NCBI GenBank assembly: GCA_020536535.1
Contig: JAHLWZ010000829.1
Coordinates: 1-64,000, forward strand
Source: Pelomyxa schiedti
Lineage: Eukaryota > Protista > Evosea
DNA: 64,000 nucleotides
Reading direction: 5' to 3'
Shown: positions 1 through 11,261 of the stretch, in pieces
Layout: every line of letters begins with the position of its first letter
Numbering within the stretch: the first letter of the stretch is position 1
Program-made: the position numbers and the translations under genes
Notes under the pieces: model-generated
What the model was told of the DNA's origin: nothing
Seen by the model: the letters and a program-made list of their open reading frames with translations, nothing else
Databases searched by the model: none

Positions 1-208
1 AATTCCCGGCTCACAATTTGTGCATGCCTCGGGGTTTCTGGCTTGCAATGCAACACTCGAGGGTGCCATCCAAATGACAGCAACCTCAGTCGAGATGCAG
101 AGAGACTCACTCCCTTAACCTTGACCCAAAAAAGAACCATTCATTGATCAAAATTCTAAATCAGATCTGCCAAATAGAAAAAATAAGCCGCCCACAACAC
201 ACCCAGAG

Positions 209-1230
209 ATGAGCGCCGCTTTCGACGACCCCTTAGACTTGGGAAACGTGTTGTATATCCGCGAGATCGAGGCGGCTTTTCTGGCTCTCGGGTACATCTA
301 AGCTAAGTCCTTCGTTCGATGAATATTACAGCTACGTGACGTTCAGATCAAACGAAGACGCACTCGCCGCACCCAATTTGCGCAGGGTCTTGCTTCGTGG
401 GGTGTCTGTGCGGGTGCGACCGTCGCCCGCGGCGCTGGCGTGGCTGAGATATTGGAAGGAGGAGCAGAGCCGCCCACCCGCAACCGACGCCTCCCCTCGG
501 TACGACCGCCGCCACTCGCAACCGCAGCAGCAGCCGCAGCCGCCTCGCCGTGCCGCCCCCGCACCCGTCCCTCACGATGGTGGCTCTCCTCGCTCCGACC
601 GCAGCCGCAGCCGCCGCAGCCTCAGTCCGCCACGAGAGAGGAGCCGCAGTCCCGTGGGCCCCCGTGGTGCCGCTGCCCGCCGGGCGCCACCCCCGCGTCT
701 TTCCCCCCGTAGCCGCAGTCCCAGCCCCCGACCCCACGTCTCTGGCACACCATCTTCTGCTAGTATCCAGCATGCACATTTGCACCCTCCACCTCCCGCA
801 CAGCAACCCCCTCCCCCACTCAACCAAAGGCTCTGTTTTCCCTGATGTATTCCTAAAACTGAATCAGATAAATATCCTCTCTGGTATGTTTCACTCTCAC
901 ACCCTCTCCTCTCATTGCTAAAAAAAAAAAACAGTTGAAATGAAAAGGGAAACGCTGGAAGAAGGAAGGGCCGACCTTAAGGCTAAGTCAACATTCTTCC
1001 CTATCTGGAACCGTGTCTGGTTTCATCTTGGGATTGCAGCTAACAAAGTATTGAGGTGTGAGCATTTCTGCAACCTGAATTAAAAAGCACATCAAACATA
1101 TTTTATGGACACCTTGCTAACAAGCCACCCAACAGGACTTCACACAAATTGTCATTGCAAGCATCAACATGGTTCACATTGCCAGCTACCTCCACAAGAC
1201 ACATATGATGAAAACTGAAACCATTGACTG
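209..1230 (+). CDS. SR-like protein: short RRM-like N-terminus followed by an Arg/Ser/Pro-rich region; multi-exon, 3' end uncertain
   Basis: ATG at 209; after splicing the translation reads MSAAFDDPLDLGNVLYIREIEAAFLALGYVTFRSNEDALAA (RNP-like GYVTF), then RSRSRRSLSP/RSRSPSP repeats (ORF 336-845). Further exons can be spliced in frame to about 1230, but the last junction is ambiguous. Confidence 0.45.
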
Positions 1231-1638
1231 ACCGGAGTCACGTGTGGTACTCCACATGACACCTCCTCCAGGTGAAATTCAGGTAACCAAAACAACAACT
1301 CCAGAGGATCCCAGCAGGGTTGCCATCCTGCAGATGGTGTACAACAGGCTCTCCTCCCTGCCCTGAAACCCAAATCTGGCATCTGTGTTGCTCATTGGCA
1401 AACTCCTGGTCAGTCATCGCGTGAGTGCCTCCTGTTGTACTGAAGGGGATGACCTCAGTCAAGTGCTCATCAAAAAGGCTGTGAGTGTCAATACCACCTT
1501 GCAGCACCACTACTTCACAATCATTCCAGAAATGAAGCCTGTGTGCAACAACACCCCCACATTGGTACAATGCCAGTTGGTTGTATCCCCCACAACATCA
1601 TCTGTTGGTTCCTCTTCAAGCATCTCCAAATCAGTGGC

Positions 1639-1957
1639 AACAACTGCCGCTGCCCCAATGACAGTCCATGATTCCCCTACCAATACAGCCCCGTTGACTG
1701 TGGTGGCAGCAGCAGACAATTATAACCACAGTGCCATCAAGTGCACATCAACCACCAGCAAAACTGACCTTTTTGTATTCTGCACAGGACCAGGGGCACT
1801 TCGTTTCACCTGCAGTAGGACTTCCTCATCAGTTTTGCTGGTGGTTGATGTGCACTTGATGGCACTGTCGTTATCGTTGTTTGCTGCTGCCACTGTGGTT
1901 GACGGGGCTGTATTGGTAGGGGCATCATCGACTGTCATTGGGACAGCAGCAGTTGTT
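1639..1957. repeat. Long inverted repeat (hairpin): 129-bp arms at 1639-1767 and 1829-1957, 61-nt loop
   Basis: Manual alignment of the left arm to the reverse complement of the right arm is ungapped with about 14 differences in 129 nt. The + and - ORFs translate to near-identical peptides (MTVHDSPTNTAP...AIKCTSTTSKTD and MTVDDAPTNTAP...AIKCTSTTSKTD). Confidence 0.95.
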
Positions 1958-4815
1958 AGGTCTTACATCAGCACAATGCAATGTTTGCTACCCACACAAC
2001 CCGCCTACAGACTTATGACTGTGTTAAAAATCGATTTAATGGTACCACATTTTGGGGATCTGGTATTCGTAATTTCTCAGTCTGTGACTGAGGGTCACCA
2101 TTTAATCCATTTAAAGGAATGTGGCACAAGTATGGGCTCATTACAGATCTAAGTGTGCAATCTCAAGGAAAAAACCTGTGTCCACTTTAGGAAGGAGTAG
2201 AGATTCCTCCAGGCCCTCTGTAGCCAAGGTGTCTGCAAGCAGGAAGAATACAATCATCTGCTGACAGTCCTCACTCACAACCCAGCAAAGAGCAAGAATT
2301 TGGGTACTGAACCCTTTCATATTTCTGCTGGCTGATATCAAAACCCTTGTGCAACTTAATTGTTGTTTAACAGGAGGGTCTCAGTGCTCTGAAGGAGATG
2401 AAACATAGTTATCAAATAACTCCCTTGCAAGAGTCACTATAGGAGCAACCACTCCCCGTTTGAGTGTATTGCACACTCTCGCGATTTCTTTCTCAATCTG
2501 AGCTCAGAATTCCAGGTTGCTGGGCTGCAACCTGGGCAAAAAACAGCTGATGATATCCCCCTGGTTTGGTTGCGTCTGTGTCTGCTGCAAGGGAGAAATG
2601 AATTTTTTACTTGAAAAAGACCCTGGACCCAGAAAAAAAAAGAAAAAAGGTTCCGGTACCGGGTTTTTTCCTTGGAAAACCAGCTGGAAGTGGTGGAGGT
2701 TGCTTGGTTAATGAGGTTGTGGGGGAAGCACAACAGCCTAGTTTGGTTGGCAATAAGGTGTAGACTGGTGCCAGCTATGACATGTGGCATTTGATGTGGT
2801 ATTTTGGGTCAAAAACAAGTGAGTGACTGCTCTTGGGTCACAGTCCACTTGTTCTTGTAAATACAACATTAGTTTTCACCAAGGAGATGTTTTTTCTTGA
2901 TTCTTTGGTCCCAAAAATCAAAATACATCATACAGGACATCAGAACAGCGCACATTGTTGGATTGTGGTCCAGTTCAGCCAAAGTGTCTCTCGGCACTCT
3001 TAGGAAATCAGTGGAGGTGTTTGGAATGGACAACAAAAAGCAGCAGTAACAATCTCCACAGCAAGTGGACATAAGGTTCCTAAGGACACAGTGTTGTTGG
3101 TTTTTTTTTTATGAGGAAGTTGTGAATCATAACAAGGACTTCCTACTTATTCGAAAGACAGGTTGTCCCACTCTGAAAGAGATACAGTAGAATGACTCAT
3201 TCTGATGTATCTTTCTACCATAATTTTTGTTTGCTTTTTTAAACCTTGCTCAGACAATTAATTTACTCAAAGCAATTTGTTGTCCTGTATACAACTGATG
3301 AACTTAGGGAACAACACCCCCTTACTCAACAACATATTCCAAACCATTTCTGCAACTTCCACATCTCCTCACTAACTCCAACAACCAACTTCCACTTCTC
3401 AATCGATGGACTCAGCCCCAACACAACAGCTGTCTCCCACTACTACTTTGCATACTAGTGTTTGGATTACTTTCTTACTTCCTACAGGGAAGAACTCTAC
3501 CACTTCCCATCAATTGAACGGACAATCCCAGCCCCATCTTTCCTTTGTTCACCCAAGAAAAAAATTTTATTTGAATACAATCCCCTAAAGGCTTCACACA
3601 GGTTTAAAGATGATTACAATAAACACCAGTAGACCCAACCAGCAAAAGAGAGATCTTCAGACAAAGTACCAGGCACAACACCCACCAATCACAGCAGACT
3701 CCACCCATCACTCAAAACTCCCCAGACTCAGCCAAATCTGCAGCCAAAACCATTGTAGGGCAAGATAATTTCCACACCAGAATTCACATTCTTGCTGGAG
3801 TTCTGAATTATGTTGGCACCTGTTTAGGATGTGTTTTACTGTCTCTGGTGAATCACATCCATTTTCTCAAGTTGAGAAAATTTCAAAACGGCCTTGGTAT
3901 TGAAGGATTGAGTGGATATTTAAATTATTATTAAATTATTATTATTATGTAGCCAAATGTTGGTGGCTACTTTGTTACTGTCTGTATTGGACACCAGTGA
4001 AGAGTCAGGGCCTCAATAACAGCATGATAACCAGCAAGAAAGGGCATAAGCTTCTGGGCCTTGGAGGTTCAGGGAACCATGTCCCTTAGTGAGCATTGCC
4101 TTAAGGTTATCAAACATATTAGTCAGTTGAAAGTACATGAAACCTCAAACCTTCTGGGGTTGACAAAAGAAATGAGTGTCTGGCCATGGCACTGCATTCC
4201 CATTTCATCAGGGGTTACAGAGGCACTATTGACAATGCATCTGTGAGAAGTTTGTCAGGGAAGGTGGCAGCAGCACCCCTTCTTGCGGAGTTGAAGGGTT
4301 GTGGTGAGGTGACTTCACGTCGCTGTAGTTCTAAGTACGGTTCTAATCACTGATGGCTTTCTGGGAAAACTAACACCAATCTGTTGGGATCCTGATGGAG
4401 ATTCAGGCGACACCTAGAGCTAATCACAACTTGTTTTTGGACCACTGAATGCTCTCCCAAGAACAAGTCTTAACTTAAGTTTCGATGTACCAGTGGTGGT
4501 CTTCCTTCCCACTTTTTCAAGGGGATTACTCACAGAAAAACACTTTCCTGCATAGCGGGATCAACAATTTTGTTCATTTTGTTGGGTTTGGGAAAATTAG
4601 GGTGGGAATCATGGTTGTGTCAGTGTGGCAGAAGCTTGCAATGAACCGGGAAGTGAAAAATTCATGTCTCTTTGCTTATAGGTCATAATAAATAAGAAAA
4701 ATCCCAAACACAAGCAGTTTTTTGTTGGGCTTAGGTTGGATTTGGTTCCTGGTCTCTGTGTGCATGGATTGCTTTTGGGAGGAAAATCAAAAATACAAAG
4801 AAGCAACTGAAGAAT

Positions 4816-6128
4816 TCAGGAGAACAAATCACCAAATTCTTCCCCTTGCTCTCCCTCACCCGCATCACCCCCTGCTGCTCCCTCTCCCTCTTCTTCAGCC
4901 TCGGCTTCAAGGATTTCACCCTCCACAGGTTGTTCCTCTTCCTCACCCACGTCGTTTTCGGCACCTTCGCCCTCACCCTCAGCTCCTTCTTCAGTGTTTT
5001 GCTCCTCGTTTTCTTCGCTGTTGTAATCGTCGTTATTCTCGTCTCCAGCGTCAGGATAATCCCCGGCGCTCCCATCATCCTCTTCCTGCTCCTCGTTGTC
5101 ACCCTCGGCTTCACCTTCTTCCTCGCCTTCACCTGCAACAACATCACCTTCGCCCTCCGGCTCCTCCTCCGCCTCCTGTTGATAAGGTTCAGATGCATCA
5201 GGAGGAATGCTCCCGCTTTCGTATGCCTCATCATCACCCCCATCGTCATCATCGCCAGCAGCAGCAGCGCCCTCGCCCTCGCCATCGCCATCATCGAACA
5301 AGGCGCCGCCAAAGTCGTCGTCGTTCCCCTCCTCCTGCTCCTCCTCATTCACCTCAATGGCCTCAGTGAACCTGCTGCCCCCCGCCACAGACCCCCCCGC
5401 TCCCCTCTGCATGAGAAGCACCGCCGCGCCGCGCCGGCCCGACTCGGACGTCGGGGTCGCAGGGGGCGTGATCCTTGGCGTGGAGCTTGCCGAAGACAGC
5501 CTCGGCGTGGAGGACGGAGTCGACGCCCGCGTGGAAGTCGGCGTGGATGCCCGCGTGGAAGACAGCGACGACAGAGTAGATGGGGTCTGGGTCCGGGACC
5601 GGGGCTGGGACTGGGACTGTGAGCGAGAAGACTGCGATCGGGTCTGCTGTGATGATGTTGATGATTTCGCGGACTGGGACTTGCGGCTCGAGGAGATGGA
5701 GCCTGCGGTCTTGCTGCTGGCTCGACTGCTGCTGCTGACGTGGCTGCGGGAGTCGTAGTCCTCGTCAGAGTAGTCTTCAGAGTCATCAGATTCGGCGGCG
5801 GGCTTGGCTGATGTGCTGTTTTCGAATCGAACCTCTGAGCGCTTGCGGTCCGCCAGAGTCTTTTGTGCGTTGGCGAACATGGTGGCCCCTGCGTTCATCA
5901 CATCGCGGATATCACGACCTGCAGTGGGGGGAAAAAAAAAAGTGTTGATCAATTCCTCGTGTACTACTCGGTAGTGGTCGTATTACCTCGTAATTGTGAG
6001 CAGAGGTTGACAGCCGTTGTGCGATCACAAGAAGCACCAACGGAGGACAGGACCCTCTCCAGGTCGTCCCATGATGGCTCCTTGTTACCGCCCATCACGC
6101 ACAACACGTACGCCGCGAGGTGCCGCAT
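4816..6128 (-). CDS. RPLP2: 60S acidic ribosomal protein P2-like, greatly extended (414 aa); exons 6128-5987 and 5918-4816
   Basis: The spliced N-terminus MRHLAAYVLCVMGGNKEPSWDDLERVLSSVGASCDRTTAVNLCSQLRGRDIRDVMNAGATMFAN aligns without gaps to the canonical P2 N-terminal domain ([31 protein letters not shown]...). The GT-AG intron 5986-5919 keeps frame. It has an acidic tail ending EEFGDLFS. Confidence 0.8.
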
Positions 6129-6364
6129 TCGTGTTTCGCGTTTGGGGGTTTGTTTTTATTTTTGCTTGGCGTTGGGTAGAAATTTTTTTTTTTTTTTGTT
6201 TTTTTTTGCTCTTTGTTTCGAAGCAAAGCTCGCTCCTTTTGATGACATTTTTTTTCCATACAATAATGAGATCCCAAGTAGGAACAAGATGAGCCCGGAT
6301 TCTGGTCTCATAAGACCAAGGCCCAAGCATTCGATGTGGTGCACAAAGGGTTTTTGTTTTACAG

Positions 6365-7453
6365 TTAAGGTTGATCGGTGGGTGGTGTGGAGTTTGGAGC
6401 TGTTGAGGTTTCAGTCACATTCTCTGGTGTCTCGGTGGTTGATGTAGGTACAGGTGCAGGTGTAGGAGAAGCAGGAGAAGCTGGAGTTGTGGTTGTAGCG
6501 GCAGTTGTTGGTGTTGTTGGAGTAGGCTCTGGCTCGGTGGAGACTTGCTCTGATGTGGAGGGAGCTTTCTCTCCTGTTGTTGTGGATGAGGAATTCTCGG
6601 TGATGTCTGCGTCACCCCAAGAGAGGTCCTCATCGTCTGCAGGTATCTCCTTCCCTGTGGGAATATTAGCAAATTGATAAACGACACGTGGTTACCCTTA
6701 GGGTTGGAGGGCACGGGAGTTCCCTTGATCAATTGAAAGAAATGGTTTTGCCAGAAGTCCAGCTCTGACAGCGAACTTGGTACTAGAGTAAGTTACCAGA
6801 GTTAAGCTTTGTATGTGAACTATGTCATAGGAACAAAACCTAGCTCGGAATGGAGCAGACGGAGTTGAGGATCGGATTGAAGTAATTGCATTACTTCGGC
6901 AGCTTTTTCTTCTAGTTTGAAGGTGGCACACCTTGAAGAAATGTTAGTTTGAAATGGTACAAATATAAAAATACCATTGGGCAAACTCTGGGGAGTCCTT
7001 TGGGGTTTGAACAAATTTTGTCTCTTTTTGGCTCTTATCGGGAGTGCTCGTGGGTGTAGGTGCATTAGCAACAGGAGTCACTGTTGCATTAGCGCTGGTA
7101 CCAGAAAATTGGCCAATAACTCCAGATATTCCAGCAGTAACCTTTTCGATTGTTTGTGGGTCTGGTGACGTTAGATAAATCATGGGAGATGGTGAACCGT
7201 TGATCACGCGCGTTGTATCCTCGGTAACTTGTGAAGAAAACTCGGCAAGGTCTTGTTTACAAATTTCAACAGCTCTGTTTGTCTTCGAAAAGTCAAAACG
7301 AAGTCACGTCACATGAGTGGTATGGTGCACACACAGCATTCACTATCGTTTCGCTCCACGACGACGTCCACCCCCACCATCCTCCAGATGACCTGCAACC
7401 AATTGTCACACATTCATATCGGTCAGCAACAACATCAGAGGATACTTGGACAT
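6365..7453 (-). CDS. BSDC1: BSD domain-containing protein (BSDC1-like), multi-exon
   Basis: Spliced segments GWWGWTSSWSETIVNATNRAVEICKQDLAEFSSQVTEDT and FKLEEKAAEVMQLLQSDPQLRLLHSEL resemble the BSDC1 N-terminal helix and BSD core; Thr/Pro-rich tail; TAA at 6365-6367. Confidence 0.7.
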
Positions 7454-7904
7454 TTCTTCTTCTTTGCCGCTCACACGTCTCTCTGTCGGAGATTTTTTTT
7501 TTTTGTTTGTGTTTTTGGATCTGTTGAATACAGAAAACGGACGCAGGGGAATGGTGTCACTACCAAAACTCTGATGAAGGACTGGTGGAGCTTTGATGAA
7601 GTTGGACGCCTCATAACTGAAATGGTTTTTTTTGGATCTTGAGACTATCTGGAAGCAACTGTGTATCTTGTTGATATTCCTTATTTTTCCACTTCGTCTT
7701 TTCTTTTGCTCTTCATCTCCGAAAGTCCCTTTCACACCACACGGTGCGTAACACCGCATTGTCTCCGTAATCAACGCACGTGTCACCACATGCACGACGA
7801 TCTTTGTTGCTGTGTTTTGCGTAACACCGCGCGGTGTTTTTTTTTTCTCCAGCGGGCATTTGCACCAACACCAACCAAAATCTCCAGAAGACGGGACATC
7901 ACCA

Positions 7905-10900
7905 ATGGGGGAACTATGGCGATCCCAGAAAATGCAGTTGGTGCAACTGTTCATTCAAAAAGATGCTGCACACGACACCCTGGAGGAGCTGGGTCGTTTG
8001 GGGAAAATTCAATTCAGAGACGTGAGTCATCGTCTTTATTGCATGCAACCAACACAAATTTAGTTGAACTCCAGTGTCAATTCTTTCCAGCGAAATTTTG
8101 TCAATGAAATCAAACGTTGTGAGGAGATGGAAAGACAGCTGCGGTATCTTGAGGAACAGGTGCTTTTGCACACCTGCGCGTGTTAGTTTCACTTACACTT
8201 CCAACCTTTTTCCCTTCTTTTTAGGTACACCGTGAAAATGCAGAGATAGCACGAAAGGAACCAGAAAAGAAACTCTCTGACTACTCAGGGGTAGATGGCA
8301 AATTTTTTTCTGAAAAGTCGTTCGATTTAAATGCTCTGGAGGTATTGTGAATTTACTTTTCGTTTCCTAATATCTGGCAGGGCCATCTGTACACTTTAGA
8401 GCATGAGCTTCTAGAAATGAACTCACACAGAGAAACTATTGTCCGTGGGTTCAATGAACTTAACGAAATGAATTATGTCCTTGTGAAGGACTCTACTTTC
8501 TTCGATGAGGTTGAAAATTTTCTCTCCCTGTAATTCCAACTCCCCCTGCAGGGTCTTTCAAAACAAGGGCAACAACTGGAAGAAATTGACCACGAACGTG
8601 AAGGTTCCATTTTAGGGTTGGAATGTGTACAAATGACTTCTTTGTGACAACTTCATCAGATTCACCACTGGGGTGGTCCGTAAAGATGCTATTACCCCTT
8701 TTGAGCGTGTCCTTTGGCGCATCTTGAGAGGGAATATGATTTTCAAGGCCGCAGACATCGAAGAATTGATGTTAGATTCCGCAACAGTATGCTATTGGGA
8801 ATGGAATACATGAAACTAAAGTTACTGATGCAGGGAGAATTGGTGGAAAAAGTTGTTTTTATTATTGTGCACCAAGGAGAACAGGCCACCGCCAAAGTGA
8901 GGAAGATTTGCGAGTCCTTTGGGGCTCGATTATACAACTGCCCTGAGTCACCAAAACAGAGGCGGGAGTACAGTGAGCAATTGAAATCACGAATTGATGA
9001 GATTTCTCGCGTAGGCTAAAAGGAACAATCAACTCAATCACTCATTTTTCCAAGGTGCTTGCTCGGTCAAATGAGCATTCAAGACAGTTGTTAGCCGCTA
9101 TTGAAAAGCGAATCGGTGCCTGGGTTCTTCTTGTCAGTAAGGAAAAGGCAGTCTTTCATACAATGAATATGTTCAATTATGATGCTGGTCGGAAACTTCT
9201 TATTGCTGAGGGATGGTGCCCGGTTGTTTCAACAGACGATGTCCTTCAAGCTTTGAACCGTGCATCGGTAGGCTCCCTCTACACTCACACTATGTTTGGC
9301 ACTTAGAGTCTGATAGATTACAAGTGGTGCATCTGTGCCCTCTATCATGGGTGTCGTTAGAACGCGGGATGAGCCACCGACGTTCTATCCCACAAATAAA
9401 TTTACAGCCTGCACCCATGGCATTATTGAAGCTTATGGAGTTCAAAGATATGAAGAAGTAAATCCTGGTAACTAATAAGTTCCTTCGTTTTGGTAGCTCA
9501 CCCTTTTCAAGCTGTATTTTCGATAATCACGTTCCCATTTTTGTTTGCAATCATGTTTGGTGATGCAGGGCACGCATTAATCATGTTGTGTGCAGCCCTT
9601 GCCTTCATCTACTTTGAGAAACCTCTTTCAAAAATGAAACTCAATGACGTATCTACAATTTCTTGCAAGCGTAAACCTAACATTACCACAGATTTTAGAC
9701 ATGCTATTTGGAGGCCGCTATGTACTTCTGCTGATGGCAATATTTTCTATTTTCACTGGCCTCATCTATAATGATGTAAGTTTAACCACTGACTTCCTCC
9801 AGTCCGCTGCTAATGAAGTTAATTTTCTGTTCCTCTGGTTACAGGTTTTTGGTCTTGGAATTGACCTACTTGGGACTGCTTGGCATTATGACGAAGGGGC
9901 AAATTCATGGGTGAGGGGAGAAAGGATATACGAGTTCGGTATCGATCCTGTATGTCATGTGCCTTTGTCAGCAAGTTTAACATGACAAAAACAGTTGTGG
10001 AAGGGTTCCGAAAACGAACTTTATTTCTATAATTCCTTCAAAATGAAACTGTCTGTAATAACTGGTGTGATTCAGGTATATTTTATATCTTCTCTTCACT
10101 TTATAAATAATGCCAAAGATGACTCTCGGCATCATCATGGGGCTATTTAACCACTTGCATTTCAAAAAACCTCTGAATATCATTTGTGAATTTATTCCGC
10201 AAGTAGCCTGCCTCTTTTCCCTTTACGGTGTTTTGATTGTCTTCCAAGATGATTTTCATGTGTGGGTTATTTGGATACCTTGTAATGCTCATCTACCTCA
10301 AATGGGCGACCCCCCTACCGCATGAACCTTATTTGATTAACGTTCTAATTGACATGTTTCTCTCCTTTGGGAACCTACCAGCCGAGGAGAAAATTTACCC
10401 TGGCCAGGTACTCCTGACTTGTCACTGACTTGTTTAAAATCAAAGAAAACAGAACACAGTACAAATGATTTTAGCTGTGGCTGCTGTTATTTCAGTGTTT
10501 GTCATGCTGATACCAAAGCCCATAGTTCTGATGATACAACACAAGCGGGCTGTTGCAAAACTCGCCGCCACACACAAAAACTTAGAAGGCACTTCCCCAC
10601 CTGATCACAGCAGCAGTCACGACCATGAAGAAGAGGTATCCTCCCTCACCAACAACCAAATTCACCAATCATTCCATAGTTTGACTTTGCCGAAGCTGTT
10701 GTCCACCAAAGCATTCATACTATTGAATTTGTTTTGGGATGCATTTCCAACACTGCTTCCTACCTTCGGTTGTGGGCTCTCAGCTTAGCCCATGCAGGTG
10801 ATGACAAACCTTTTGCTCTTTCTTCTAACCACTGTTTAGAGTTGTCACTTGTCTTTTACGAGCAGGTACTACTCAACACCATGAAGTACAACTGGTTTGC

Positions 10901-11198
10901 AGTTTTTGTGGGATTCTCTGTGTGGGGTGGTGCCACCATTGCAGTTTTGTTGATCATGGAGGCACTGTCAGCCTTCCTGCATGCACTGAGGCTTCATTGG
11001 TACTAGTTTCACCTTCTTTCCTTATTGCTTACTTTTACTTTCTCAGGGTGGAGTTCCAGAATAAATTTTACAGTGCGCTTTTCCCTGCTCCTTTATCTTC
11101 ACTCATTTTTCTTCCTAGATGGTGACGGCTATGCCTTTGAGCCATTGGACTTCGGCAAATTAAAGAGCACCCTCCTTGAAGAACAGCTGGGTGATTGA
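7905..11198 (+). CDS. VPH1: V-type H+-ATPase V0 subunit a, many introns
   Basis: Motifs [73 protein letters not shown] and [16 protein letters not shown] are diagnostic of the family. Confidence 0.97.
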
Positions 11199-11261
11199 GA
11201 AGTTATTGTTGTTCAGTGTTGAGCTATTGTGCCCAAAGAAAAAAAAAAACCATTAAAATTT

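Noticed and set aside
1385-2152. 255-aa + strand ORF as a stand-alone gene
   Set aside because: No ATG context or family match, and half of it is the mirror image created by the hairpin; it is kept only as part of the hairpin finding.
4722-5786. Several long overlapping ORFs in both orientations
   Set aside because: These are alternative frames of GC-rich low-complexity codons of the P2-like gene. The same applies to shadow ORFs at 22085-22849, 28486-29331 and 31230-32378.
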